DNA from: Candidatus Sericytochromatia bacterium
GTDB lineage: Bacteria > Cyanobacteriota > Sericytochromatia > S15B-MN24 > VGJW01
Reading direction: 5' to 3'
Length of the DNA: 64,000 nucleotides
Assembly: GCA_035286125.1 (NCBI GenBank)
Contig: JAYKIS010000082.1
Coordinates: 1,253 to 65,252, forward strand
Part shown: in pieces, positions 47,952-59,286 of the stretch
How the letters are laid out: the number at the start of each line of letters is the position of its first letter
How positions within the stretch are numbered: position 1 is the first letter of the stretch
Made by a program: the position numbers and the translations under genes
Notes under the pieces: model-generated
Told to the model about the DNA's origin: nothing
The model's input: only the letters and a program-made list of their open reading frames with translations
Databases searched by the model: none

Positions 47952-48660
47952 TCCAGACCGAGAAACTGGTCAAGGTCTACCGGGGACGCCGCGTCGTCAA
48001 CCAGGTCAGCATCAACGTCAGGCGGGGCGAGATCGTGGGCCTCCTCGGCCCCAATGGCGCCGGCAAGACGACAACCTTCTACATGGTGGTCGGCCTGGTC
48101 CGTCCCCATGAGGGCACGGTACAGCTGGATGACGAGGCGATTGCTCACCTGCCGATGCACCTGCGGGCTCGCAAGGGCATCGGGTACCTCGCCCAGGAGC
48201 CTTCCGTCTTCCGGAAGCTGACGGTCGAGCAGAATCTCCTGGCCGTATGGGAGCTGCTGGGTATGCCCAAGGATGTCCAGCGTCGCCGCCTCGAGGAGTT
48301 GCTGGACGAGTTCAGCATCCAGAAGATTCGCAAGTCCAAGGGGATGCAACTGTCAGGCGGCGAGCGACGCCGCGTCGAGATCGCCCGGGCGCTGGCCACC
48401 GATCCGTCCTTCATTCTGCTGGATGAGCCGTTCTCGGGTATCGACCCGTTGGCCATCGCCGACATCCAGAAGATGCTGCGGCACTTGCGGTCCCGCAACC
48501 TGGGCCTGCTGATTACGGACCACAACGTCCGCGACACGCTCAAGATCGTCGATCGGGCCTACATCATCGACTCCGGGACCATCCTCTTCGAGGGTACTCC
48601 GGACGAGATCGTGGCCTCGGAAGTCGCCCGCAAGCACTATCTGGGCGAAGAGTTCGGCCT

Positions 48661-48664
<4 letters not shown>
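47948..48664 (+). CDS. lptB: LPS export ABC transporter ATPase
   Basis: [40 protein letters not shown] and ITDHNVR motifs. Confidence 0.96.
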
Positions 48665-51130
<2,466 letters not shown>

Positions 51131-51145
51131 TCGTCATTTCGACGC

Positions 51146-51185
51146 AACGAGGGCCTGTCCGGGTAATCCGGGCAGGCCCTTTGTT
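51146..51185. terminator. Probable bidirectional terminator between ahcY and the selenoprotein gene
   Basis: Stem AGGGCCTGTCCGG/CCGGGCAGGCCCT (one G-U pair), loop GTAAT, followed by TTGTT on the plus strand. Confidence 0.7.
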
Positions 51186-51197
51186 CCTGAAGGATGC

Positions 51198-51422
51198 TCA
51201 GGCGAGGCTGCGCAGCTGGTCGAGGACCTCGGGGCCCTCGGGGAACGCACCCGTCTGGTTCTTGGAGTAGACCAGCACGGAGTCGGCGTGCACATCGAAG
51301 ATGCCCCGGGTGCCTGGCACCAAGGTCGCCTGGATCGAGAACTCCTGCTTGATGAGGGCCGCCAACCTGGTGGCCTCCGGCAGGTAATCTCACATCGTGC
51401 AGTAGGTGATGCGTATGTCCAT
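51198..51422 (-). CDS. SelW/SelT/SelH (Rdx) family selenoprotein, 74 aa, UGA read as Sec at codon 11
   Basis: MDIRITYCTM-U(TGA 51392-51390)-DYLPEATRLAALIKQEFSIQATLVPGTRGIFDVHADSVLVYSKNQTGAFPEGPEVLDQLRSLA*. Shows the ITYCxxU, GxFDV, SK and FP Rdx motifs. Confidence 0.88.
51351..51389 (-). promoter_or_regulatory. Putative bacterial SECIS hairpin directly 3' of the Sec UGA
   Basis: UGA-GAUUACCUGCCG-GAGGCCACCA-GGU-UGGCGGCCCUC. The G-starting apical loop lies about 22 nt after the UGA. Folded by eye only. Confidence 0.6.
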
Positions 51423-51474
51423 GCCGGGCACCATACGGGAATCCGCGAACCGCCGCAAGGTGTTACAGTGGACC

Positions 51475-52971
51475 ATGCCCAACAGTGCCCCCGAGCGCCC
51501 CGAGTTCCGTTCCTTCCATCTTCGTCGCGAGTTGCTCGAGGGCCTGGCCGAGATGGGGTACTCCACGGCCACGCCTGTTCAGGCACTCGCCATCCCTGCC
51601 GTCCAGGAAGGCGGCGATCTGCTGGTGCAGGCCAAGACCGGTTCGGGCAAGACGCTGGCCTTCGGGTTGCCTCTGCTGAATCGCGTCGACCTCCATCGCC
51701 CCGACTGCCAGGTGCTTGTGGTCGTGCCCACGCGTGAGCTCGCCCTTCAGGTCGCGACCGAGCTCGAGCGCGCCGGTGCGGCCCTGGGCATCGTCATCGG
51801 TGCCGTCTTCGGCGGCATTCCCATCAAGGAGCATGTCACCACGGCGCAATGGGCCACGGTCCTCGTCGGCACGCCCGGTCGCCTGCGCGACCTGCTCGAG
51901 CGCGGCATGCTTCGGCTGGACCACGTGCGTTCCGTGGTGCTTGACGAGGCCGACGAGATGCTCGACATGGGCTTCAAGGTCGACCTCGAGTTCATCCTCG
52001 ATGCCGCGCGCCAGCGCCAGCAGACGCTGTTCTTCTCGGCGACCTTCCCGCCTGAAATCCTCAAGATTGCCAAGCGCACCCTCAAGGATCCGCGCCGCCT
52101 GCAGGCCCAGCCCGAGGAACAGACGCCGACGACGATCGAGCATCGCGTGGTGCGTGTCAGCCAGGAGAAGAAGTTCGAGGGTCTGGCGCGCCTGCTCAAG
52201 GGCGAGCACATCACCCAGGGCATCATCTTCTGCAACACCAAGACCGAGACCCCTTGGCTGACGCGGCGCTTGCGCGCCCAGGGCTTCTCCGCAGATTGCC
52301 TCCACGGCGACATGAGTCAGCAGGATCGGCTCAAGGTCATGGACCGCTACAAGACGCAGGGCTTCACCTTGCTCGTCGCCACCGAAGTTGCCGCCCGTGG
52401 CCTCGACATCGCAGGCATCAGCCATGTCGTCAACTACTCGGTCCCCAATAACCCCGAAGTCTACTTCCATCGTTGCGGACGCACGGGGCGCGCCGGACGA
52501 AGCGGCGTGGCCATCACGATGGTCACGCCGCCGGAAGAGCGGCAGTTCACCCGGATCGAGGAGGCGCTCGCCGCGCGCAGGCCCAAGGGGACCAAGTCTG
52601 CCGAGGCTCCTCGTCCGACCGCTGCTGCCGAGGAGCCTGCTGCGCGCACAGAAGCGACAAGGGCCGCCGAGCCCGCCGGGAGCGCCGCGCGGTCGGCCCC
52701 GCGCGCAGCGGAGCCCGTGGCGGCCGTCCCGGCCCAGCGAACCCGTGAGCCGCGTCCGCAGCTCCCGCAGAACAACGGCCGTGGCCGCACCCGGCAAAAG
52801 GGCCTCAAGATGGCTTCCGAAGACCTCATCGCCTATGCCGGTTCATCAGCCGACACGCATCACGCGTTGGCGCGCCACCTGCTTCACGCCGGTGACCCCG
52901 TGACCCTTGTCTCGGCCTTGCTGGCCGTGCATCCCCTCGTGCGCGAGGCGGCCCGCAGCCAGCAATCCTGA
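51475..52971 (+). CDS. DEAD-box ATP-dependent RNA helicase
   Basis: Q motif, AKTGSGKT, PTRELA, DEAD, SAT, ARGLDI and HRCGRTGRAG motifs. Confidence 0.95.
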   Translation: MPNSAPERPEFRSFHLRRELLEGLAEMGYSTATPVQALAIPAVQEGGDLLVQAKTGSGKTLAFGLPLLNRVDLHRPDCQVLVVVPTRELALQVATELERAGAALGIVIGAVFGGIPIKEHVTTAQWATVLVGTPGRLRDLLERGMLRLDHVRSVVLDEADEMLDMGFKVDLEFILDAARQRQQTLFFSATFPPEILKIAKRTLKDPRRLQAQPEEQTPTTIEHRVVRVSQEKKFEGLARLLKGEHITQGIIFCNTKTETPWLTRRLRAQGFSADCLHGDMSQQDRLKVMDRYKTQGFTLLVATEVAARGLDIAGISHVVNYSVPNNPEVYFHRCGRTGRAGRSGVAITMVTPPEERQFTRIEEALAARRPKGTKSAEAPRPTAAAEEPAARTEATRAAEPAGSAARSAPRAAEPVAAVPAQRTREPRPQLPQNNGRGRTRQKGLKMASEDLIAYAGSSADTHHALARHLLHAGDPVTLVSALLAVHPLVREAARSQQS

Positions 52972-53056
52972 GGAATTGTTCCGGATTCTTTAAGTGTCTG
53001 TTTGGTTCGGCCGGTGGCCGACCGGGCGGGGCCACAATGAATCAGGAGGTCCCCCC

Positions 53057-54544
53057 ATGTCCGACAGGATGGCCGTTGGCCGCCAGACCGGGACCCGTCC
53101 GCTCAACGGTCCGGGTACGCGCCCCATGGGGCAGACGAGTCCCCTGCGTGAGACGGGCCGTTTCGTCCGCGATGTGTTCGTCGGCGGTGGCGAAGCTGTG
53201 GTCGATATGGCCAAGGGGCTGTGGCAGGTCGTCTCCCACCCGATTCAGACGGCCAAGGGAATCGGCTCGCTTGCGGCGATGGTCATCCGTAATCCCGGGG
53301 AGGGACTGAAGACCATCGGGGCGGCGCTCGTCGAGCCGTACACGCAGGCCATCAAGGAAGGTCGGCCGGGCAAGGCCTTGGGCCGTGGCCTTGTCGAGAT
53401 TGGCTCGCTGTTCCTTGGTCCTGCCGAGGTGGTCCAGGGTGCCAAGTCCGCAGCCAACTTCGGACGCGGGGCCATGGGAGCGGTCAAGGCAGGGGCGACC
53501 GTCGGTGAGGCGGCCAAGGCCGGCTACCTGGCCGCAAAGTGGTCTGGCGAGGCCAGCCAGCTTGCGGCCAAGGCCCAGCAACTGGCGAAGCTCGGCCATG
53601 TGGCCGAGGCGACCCAGCTGACGCGCATGGCGGGAGCCTTCGGTCGTGGTGCCCATGCGGCCAAGGTCGGCCAGCTCTCGCGCTTCGGGCATTATGCCGC
53701 CATCCTGGAGCGCCCCTTCGCGATTCGTGTCGCGGGCCAGATGATGTCCAGCGCGGACCTCCTGATGCGTAGCCAGGGCATGCTGTCCTCAGGCCGCATT
53801 CTGGGCCAGGCGGGTCGTGCCGCCGCGCTGGGCACGGAGGCGGCCGAACAGGCGTCGCGCATCCAGGCTGTTGCCAAGGCATTGCAAGCGGGCCAGGTTC
53901 TGGATTCCGGCGTGGTTCGGGCCATGCTCGAGGGCCAGAAGTCCCTGTCGATGCTCGAAGGCGCAGGACGTCTCGCCGCTGGAGGCATGGTAGCCGGCAA
54001 CCTTGCCAGCGATGCCGCCCAGGTCGCGGCCAAGGCACCCGTCTGGGAGCGCTTTGCCCAGACTGCAGCGCGATTTGCCGTTTCGAATCCCATCGTGCTC
54101 TTTCCCATCTCGCCGGTCGCTGGTGTCGCCCTCGATGCCCTCGGTCGCATCGGTCCCGTGCGGGACTTCCTGGAGTCGCCGCTCGACCCTGAGGAACTGG
54201 CACGCAAGCATGGCATCGCCCCGGACACCGAGAATGTCCGTCTATTCATGGCCGAGGTAGGCAGCTACGGGACCAGGGCCATAGGTCCCGATGTGGGCAC
54301 TCCCGACAGGGTTCGTGATCTGCAGTTGGTTCTGCGCGGCATTGGCTACGCCACGGAACCGACGGGACAGTGGGACGAGTCGACGTCGCGGGCGGTCATC
54401 GACTTCAAGCGCCGGCAGGGCATGCATCAGGATTACCGCCTGCAGGACGGTCAGCCTGCCGTCAACGAATACGTGACGGAGGACGTCATCGAGCGGATGG
54501 TCGACGTGGCCGAGGGGACCCAGCAGGCCCGCGCGGGACGTTGA
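53057..54544 (+). CDS. Hypothetical Ala/Gly-rich helical protein with a C-terminal peptidoglycan-binding-like domain
   Basis: AGGAGG SD. C-terminal VRDLQLVLRGIGY..TGQWDESTSRAVIDFKRRQG resembles PG_binding_1. No Sec signal. Confidence 0.7.
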   Translation: MSDRMAVGRQTGTRPLNGPGTRPMGQTSPLRETGRFVRDVFVGGGEAVVDMAKGLWQVVSHPIQTAKGIGSLAAMVIRNPGEGLKTIGAALVEPYTQAIKEGRPGKALGRGLVEIGSLFLGPAEVVQGAKSAANFGRGAMGAVKAGATVGEAAKAGYLAAKWSGEASQLAAKAQQLAKLGHVAEATQLTRMAGAFGRGAHAAKVGQLSRFGHYAAILERPFAIRVAGQMMSSADLLMRSQGMLSSGRILGQAGRAAALGTEAAEQASRIQAVAKALQAGQVLDSGVVRAMLEGQKSLSMLEGAGRLAAGGMVAGNLASDAAQVAAKAPVWERFAQTAARFAVSNPIVLFPISPVAGVALDALGRIGPVRDFLESPLDPEELARKHGIAPDTENVRLFMAEVGSYGTRAIGPDVGTPDRVRDLQLVLRGIGYATEPTGQWDESTSRAVIDFKRRQGMHQDYRLQDGQPAVNEYVTEDVIERMVDVAEGTQQARAGR

Positions 54545-54545
54545 T

Positions 54546-54992
54546 TCAGCCGGCGAAGGCCATTCGGGCGCTGCCCAGACCCTGGGACTGCGTGCCGGAT
54601 CCGCCTACGGCCTGCACGGTCCACTGCTCGCCAACACGCACGACCTGCAGGTAGGAGCACGCCGTACACCCCGAGTAGGAGTTGGCCTCGCCCGCGTCAT
54701 AGCGGCCGTTGGCGTTCGTGTCGCGGAACGCGAAGACCGTCAGGTTGCTGACTCCCGTGGGGATGGCGTAGCGGAAAGCGCCGTCCGCCGCCACCTGGAC
54801 GACTTCGGCCTTTGGCATGTCCTCGGGGAAGGGCACGTCCCTCAAGATGCCGACCATGAGGCCCTCGAGGGCTGCGCCCGTGATCGTGCCCGAGAGCACC
54901 TGGGTCCCGAGGCCGGGCAAGTTGCCCGCTGCGTCACAGCCTGCCGCCAACGTGGCCAACACGATCCGCGACGCCCACCGAAGCCTGCGCAT
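54546..54992 (-). CDS. Hypothetical lipoprotein with a DxNxNG Ca-loop and CxxC
   Basis: LAAG-C lipobox, FAFRDTNANGRYDAGE and CTAC. Confidence 0.7.
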   Translation of the reverse strand: MRRLRWASRIVLATLAAGCDAAGNLPGLGTQVLSGTITGAALEGLMVGILRDVPFPEDMPKAEVVQVAADGAFRYAIPTGVSNLTVFAFRDTNANGRYDAGEANSYSGCTACSYLQVVRVGEQWTVQAVGGSGTQSQGLGSARMAFAG

Positions 54993-54998
54993 GGCGCC

Positions 54999-55008
54999 AT
55001 GCTAGCAT
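54999..55008. promoter_or_regulatory. Palindromic bidirectional extended -10 (ATGCTAGCAT)
   Basis: Reads TG-C-TAGCAT on both strands, each followed after 6 nt by the ATG of a divergent gene (55015 + and 54992 -). Confidence 0.7.
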
Positions 55009-55014
55009 GAGGCC

Positions 55015-55500
55015 ATGCGCGCCCTGACGGAACCGCCGACCGAGGGTCGGGTCCATTTCCGGATCGGCCGCAAGGATCGCCTGTCGCTGTACCGGGACCG
55101 GGGCGAGTCGTGGGATCGGGTCTGCTTGAAGGCCTTGGCTTGGCTCCTGCATCATCGCGACCCTCGCCTGCCCCAGTTGGACCCGCCGCTCGAGCCCCGC
55201 CTCAGGGCCGACCTGGCCGCACTGGATGCCACGGGCGTCCCGACCCTGTGGGTCAAGGTTGCCCCCATCGAGGATGCCGCCATCCTGCATGCATGTCGGC
55301 ATCTGCCCAGGACGCGTATTCAACTGATCGTGGCCGAAGCCGATCCGGAGGCCTTCATGGCCCGCATCCGCAAGCACGTGCATTATCGCTATGCGCACGA
55401 CCATCTTGAGGTCGTGAATTTCCGCGTACCCCTGGCCGACTGGGTCGACCCCGAGGACTTGCACATTCCCGATGACGCGATGACGACCTGGACCCTCTGA
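55015..55500 (+). CDS. YaeQ-like protein
   Basis: GES..RVCLKALAW, RADLAALDATG.PTLWV pattern. Confidence 0.55.
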   Translation: MRALTEPPTEGRVHFRIGRKDRLSLYRDRGESWDRVCLKALAWLLHHRDPRLPQLDPPLEPRLRADLAALDATGVPTLWVKVAPIEDAAILHACRHLPRTRIQLIVAEADPEAFMARIRKHVHYRYAHDHLEVVNFRVPLADWVDPEDLHIPDDAMTTWTL

Positions 55501-55527
55501 TTCGAGGGGAGCGTCACCGCGGCCTGA

Positions 55528-58500
55528 TCAGGTCAGTTGGAAGTGCCATGTCAGGTTGTGGTTGCTGTCGACCTCGACCAGGTGATTGGCGCCGGCGTGA
55601 TGCACCATCGTCCTGCCCGAGTCGAGGCGCCAGGCCAAGACCGGGGTCAGCATCTGCATCTGGAATCTTCCCTTGCGGCCGTAGCAGGCAGGCGCACCGC
55701 CATACTGCCAGACGAGCTTGCCTGCGGGGTCCAGTTCGAGCACCCGGTGGTTCTGGGTGTCGGCGATCAAGGTGTGCCCGTTGGCAAGCCGTGTGGCGTG
55801 CTCCGGATGGAACAACTGGCCATGGGCGTTGCCCGCGTTCCCCGGTTGCCCGAAGGCCCACACCGTCCGTCCCTGAGCGTCGAACTCATAGATGGCGTGC
55901 CCCCCCCAGTCCGTGACGAGCACGTTCCCATTGGGCAGCCGCGTCGCGTGACTGGGTGCCGCAAGATTATCCTTGCGCCACACCACGTCCTGGCTGACCG
56001 TGACCTCGAGAACGCGTCTGTTGCCCATGTCCGCCACGAGGAAGGTCCCGTGGCTCGTACGCTCGACGCTGGCCGGTTCGTCGAGCTGCTTGGGCGCGGC
56101 ACCCCGCTCCCCCATCTTGCCGAACTGCCAGACGATGGCATTGTCCCTGATCTCGATGATCCGATGATGACCCGTGTCGGCGACAAGGGTGCCGCCCTGG
56201 GGGGTCCGCCACGCGTATCGGGCCTGGGCCAGCCGCTGCCTTTCGCCACCGGACAGCCCGGTGTATTGCCAACTCACCTGCAGCTTGCGGTTGACCTCGA
56301 GCAATCTGTGGCGCGAGCGATCCGCAAAGAGAAAGGTCTCGGGCAAGTTGGGGGGCAGGGCGCTGGCCTGGGTTTCGGGGGCGGGAGCCTCACCGGCCTG
56401 GACCTCGGGTACGGAGCCTTCCGGCTGCCCGACTTCGCCGGGGGCGGATGGAGCACCCAGGTTCACTTCCCTTGCCGGACGGCCCTCGGCATCGACACAC
56501 ACGGCACCGCCTCGGCCCGCAATCCACGTCCGGCCCTGACCGTCTCGCTCTGCCGCATAGGGGTCGCGGGCCGCCGCACCGCCCCGCGCAGGCGCGATCC
56601 GGTGCGCCCAGCGAATCTGTCTTCCGCCGTCCAGCTCGATGACGCGCTGGTTGCCGGTGTCGCAGACGAGGAGGCCGCCATCGGGCAACAGGGCGATCCC
56701 CTGAGGATCGCTGAGTTGCCCGGCACCGGTGCCCTGGCCGCCACCAAGTCGGCTCGAGGCATTGCCATACTGCCACAGCACCTCGCCAGCCGCATCGACC
56801 CCGAGGATGCGATGGTTGCCCGTGTCGAGGATGACCGTCAGGCCGTCTGCCCGACGCAAGGCTGCCCCGGGCTTGAAGAGCAGGCCACGCGCCACCCCTG
56901 CCTTGCCTGTCTCGCCATAGCTCCAGACCACGGTGCCGGCGGGAGTCACCTCGAGGACCCGATGCTGGCCGGTGTCCACGATCAGCGTGTGGCCGCTGGC
57001 GAGCCGTGAGGCATGCCGGGGCTGCTTCAGGCGCTCGGCATCTCCGCCTCCGAAGCCCCATACTTCCGTCTGATTCCTGCGGTCGAACTCGATGACCCGG
57101 CCCAGATCAAGGTCCACGAGCAGCACGTTGCCACCCGGTACCCGACGTACCATTGCGGGCATCGGCATCCGCTGGGACCACGTCTCGCTGCCATCCGGGG
57201 CGAGTCCGACGGCCCGGCGGCGCGGAGGATCGGCCAGCAGCACCTCGGAATCGTCCTGACCCACCCAGGCGTCGACGGAGTGGACCTCGCTGGCTTCGTC
57301 GACGCCCTCCGGGTCCCGGTCATCCGGCTGGCTTCCGGCCCACGTCGCAAGGGGGGGCGTCGGAACGTCTGCTTGCGGTTCTGGCGCATCCGGTTCGGCA
57401 GCCCTGGCAGGCGCCGGGTCAGGAACGGGAGCGGCAGGTTGCCCTGACCGCAGGGCGGCTGCCTGCTCGAGCAGTTGAGGATAGCGACCCGTCAGAAAGC
57501 GCGCGAGTTGTTCTTCCCCGATGGCGACAGCCACGGGCTCTGCGCCGCCTGCCAACTGTGCGGCCAGTTGCAGGCCCGTCGGGTCCCGCGGATCGAGCAT
57601 GGCCACCACAAGTCGGCCGTCCTCGCGGAACAGCGGCACCATGCCCAGCGATCGCACCATCCGCTCGGGGAGCTGGGCCACGACCAGCGGGTCGACCCGG
57701 CTGTCTTCCAGGGGGCCGGCGTGGGGGGCATTGTCCTTCAGGCGGGCCAGCTCGGCACGGGTGACGACGCCCATCCCGATAAGCACGTCCGTCAGGCTGG
57801 GCGTCACGGGCAGCCACTCGCGCACGGGCGGGTGCGCGAGGGTCAGCGGCATCATGTCGAGCGGTGCGTCTTTCTCCAGCTTGCGCCGCTGCAAATCAAT
57901 CGTCAGCAATCGATGGCGACCAGCCTGTGTGCCTTCCTGCACCACGACGCTCAGGCGGTGCCCGTCCGGCGAGATGCGGAATGGCTCGACAGGGGCGGTT
58001 GAAGCGCGGTGGCCGGGCAGATTGAGCAGGTGCCGGACGCGCAGGTCTGCGGTCGAGACCGTCAGCAGGCCCAGTTCGTCCCCCGTGCGATAGAACAGCA
58101 CGTAGAGCAACTGGCCGTCGGGACTCAGGCCGAGGGGGCCGAGCGGCCCTGTAGGGAAGTTCTGGAAGCGTGGCTTGCCCGTCGTCAGGTCGATGACGCC
58201 CAGGCGGGGCGTCTGGCCATCCGTGACCCACCCCTGGCGACCGAGCGCGGCAAGCCCGAGGGCCTTTCGGCCACCGGCCGGACGAATCTGGACAGCGGCC
58301 GCCTGGGTGCCGGAGGCTGCCGCGATGACGTGGACGATGCCCGTGCCGCGGTTTCCGGCGAGGATGAACTCTCCCCCGGGTGACGTGGCCAGATCGATGG
58401 GGCCGACGGGTTCGGGCTGGGGCGACTGGATCGGACTGGGCAGGGTCAGGACCGAAGGTGAGGTCGCACGCTGGGGCACTCCGGCGAGGGCAAGGAAGCC

Positions 58501-58860
58501 ACCCTGTGGCGTGGCGAACAGGCCCGGCCGGACGTTGGCAGGCGCCTGGACGACATCTTCGATGGTGAGGCCATCGAGGGAGAGCACGAGCACACGACCG
58601 TCGGTCCACCGCGGCCAGCCACCCGTATCCACGGGTTCGCCCGCCTTGACCGAGGCCATCACCGTGCCGCGCCTGGGGTCCTTGAAGGGCACTACCTGCG
58701 CGGCATCGTCCGGGACGACGGCCGGCGGCATGGGAATGGGTTTGGCGACGGTTTCCTGCTGGACGCGCCGTTGGGCCTCTGCCAGCTGGGAGGGCGTGAC
58801 AAGGCGGGATCGGACGAGCAGGTCGCCAATCAGGGCGTCGTCGGGGACAGGATTCGACAC
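55528..58860 (-). CDS. Multidomain protein: split PilB/GspE N-terminal (MshEN-like) domain, YVTN-like propeller and NHL-repeat propellers
   Basis: LIGDLLVRSRLVTPSQL (aa ~9-25), SLTDVLIGMGVVTRAEL (aa ~355), LPERMVRSLGMVPL..LVVAMLDP, and many LxxP..LIADTGNHRV NHL repeats. Confidence 0.8.
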   Translation of the reverse strand: MSNPVPDDALIGDLLVRSRLVTPSQLAEAQRRVQQETVAKPIPMPPAVVPDDAAQVVPFKDPRRGTVMASVKAGEPVDTGGWPRWTDGRVLVLSLDGLTIEDVVQAPANVRPGLFATPQGGFLALAGVPQRATSPSVLTLPSPIQSPQPEPVGPIDLATSPGGEFILAGNRGTGIVHVIAAASGTQAAAVQIRPAGGRKALGLAALGRQGWVTDGQTPRLGVIDLTTGKPRFQNFPTGPLGPLGLSPDGQLLYVLFYRTGDELGLLTVSTADLRVRHLLNLPGHRASTAPVEPFRISPDGHRLSVVVQEGTQAGRHRLLTIDLQRRKLEKDAPLDMMPLTLAHPPVREWLPVTPSLTDVLIGMGVVTRAELARLKDNAPHAGPLEDSRVDPLVVAQLPERMVRSLGMVPLFREDGRLVVAMLDPRDPTGLQLAAQLAGGAEPVAVAIGEEQLARFLTGRYPQLLEQAAALRSGQPAAPVPDPAPARAAEPDAPEPQADVPTPPLATWAGSQPDDRDPEGVDEASEVHSVDAWVGQDDSEVLLADPPRRRAVGLAPDGSETWSQRMPMPAMVRRVPGGNVLLVDLDLGRVIEFDRRNQTEVWGFGGGDAERLKQPRHASRLASGHTLIVDTGQHRVLEVTPAGTVVWSYGETGKAGVARGLLFKPGAALRRADGLTVILDTGNHRILGVDAAGEVLWQYGNASSRLGGGQGTGAGQLSDPQGIALLPDGGLLVCDTGNQRVIELDGGRQIRWAHRIAPARGGAAARDPYAAERDGQGRTWIAGRGGAVCVDAEGRPAREVNLGAPSAPGEVGQPEGSVPEVQAGEAPAPETQASALPPNLPETFLFADRSRHRLLEVNRKLQVSWQYTGLSGGERQRLAQARYAWRTPQGGTLVADTGHHRIIEIRDNAIVWQFGKMGERGAAPKQLDEPASVERTSHGTFLVADMGNRRVLEVTVSQDVVWRKDNLAAPSHATRLPNGNVLVTDWGGHAIYEFDAQGRTVWAFGQPGNAGNAHGQLFHPEHATRLANGHTLIADTQNHRVLELDPAGKLVWQYGGAPACYGRKGRFQMQMLTPVLAWRLDSGRTMVHHAGANHLVEVDSNHNLTWHFQLT

Positions 58861-58898
58861 GACCGGGGCACCGCGGGACGAGTAGGACCGGGCTGCTT

Positions 58899-58927
58899 TT
58901 GACGAAAGGCCCGCGCCTGCCTATCAT
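58899..58927 (+). promoter_or_regulatory. sigma70-type promoter TTGACG-N17-TATCAT
   Basis: Near-consensus hexamers with a 17-nt spacer, upstream of the 97-aa Cys-rich gene. Followed by an inverted repeat at 58950-58970. Confidence 0.65.
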
Positions 58928-58992
58928 ACCTCCCTGTCCTCGCGCCGGACCTGACGTGCGTCACGTCGGGGCGCCCAATCCGGAGGTTTCCG

Positions 58993-59286
58993 ATGGCCGG
59001 TTCACCCCAGCCCCAGCAGCCCGGTGCGCCCCAGCCCGGAGGCCTCCCCGGCCAGACCTCGCCGACGGGGTCGCTGCAGCAACGCCCGCGCAAGCTTTGT
59101 CCGGTGATGAGCACGGCGGCCCAGCAGGCCGGTTGCGTCGAGCACAACTGTGGCCTCTGGTCCCAGGCCTACAAGGCGTGCGGGCTGGCGTGCGGGCCGG
59201 ATGCCATGGCGGCGGGCTTCGAGAAGCTCGAATCGACCTTCGATTACATGACCAAGATCATGGCGGACATCAAGGCCAAGATCTAG
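58993..59286 (+). CDS. Small Cys-rich protein (possible Zn-binding)
   Basis: GGAGG SD and its own promoter. CPVM-x-C-x4-C-x2-W-x6-C-x3-C followed by an amphipathic helix. Confidence 0.65.
   Translation: MAGSPQPQQPGAPQPGGLPGQTSPTGSLQQRPRKLCPVMSTAAQQAGCVEHNCGLWSQAYKACGLACGPDAMAAGFEKLESTFDYMTKIMADIKAKI

Noticed and set aside
51134-51586. ORF-track proteins 51134-51586(-), 51100-51393(-) and 51288-51737(+)
   Set aside because: No motifs. The region is better explained by the UGA-containing Rdx gene and the helicase start.
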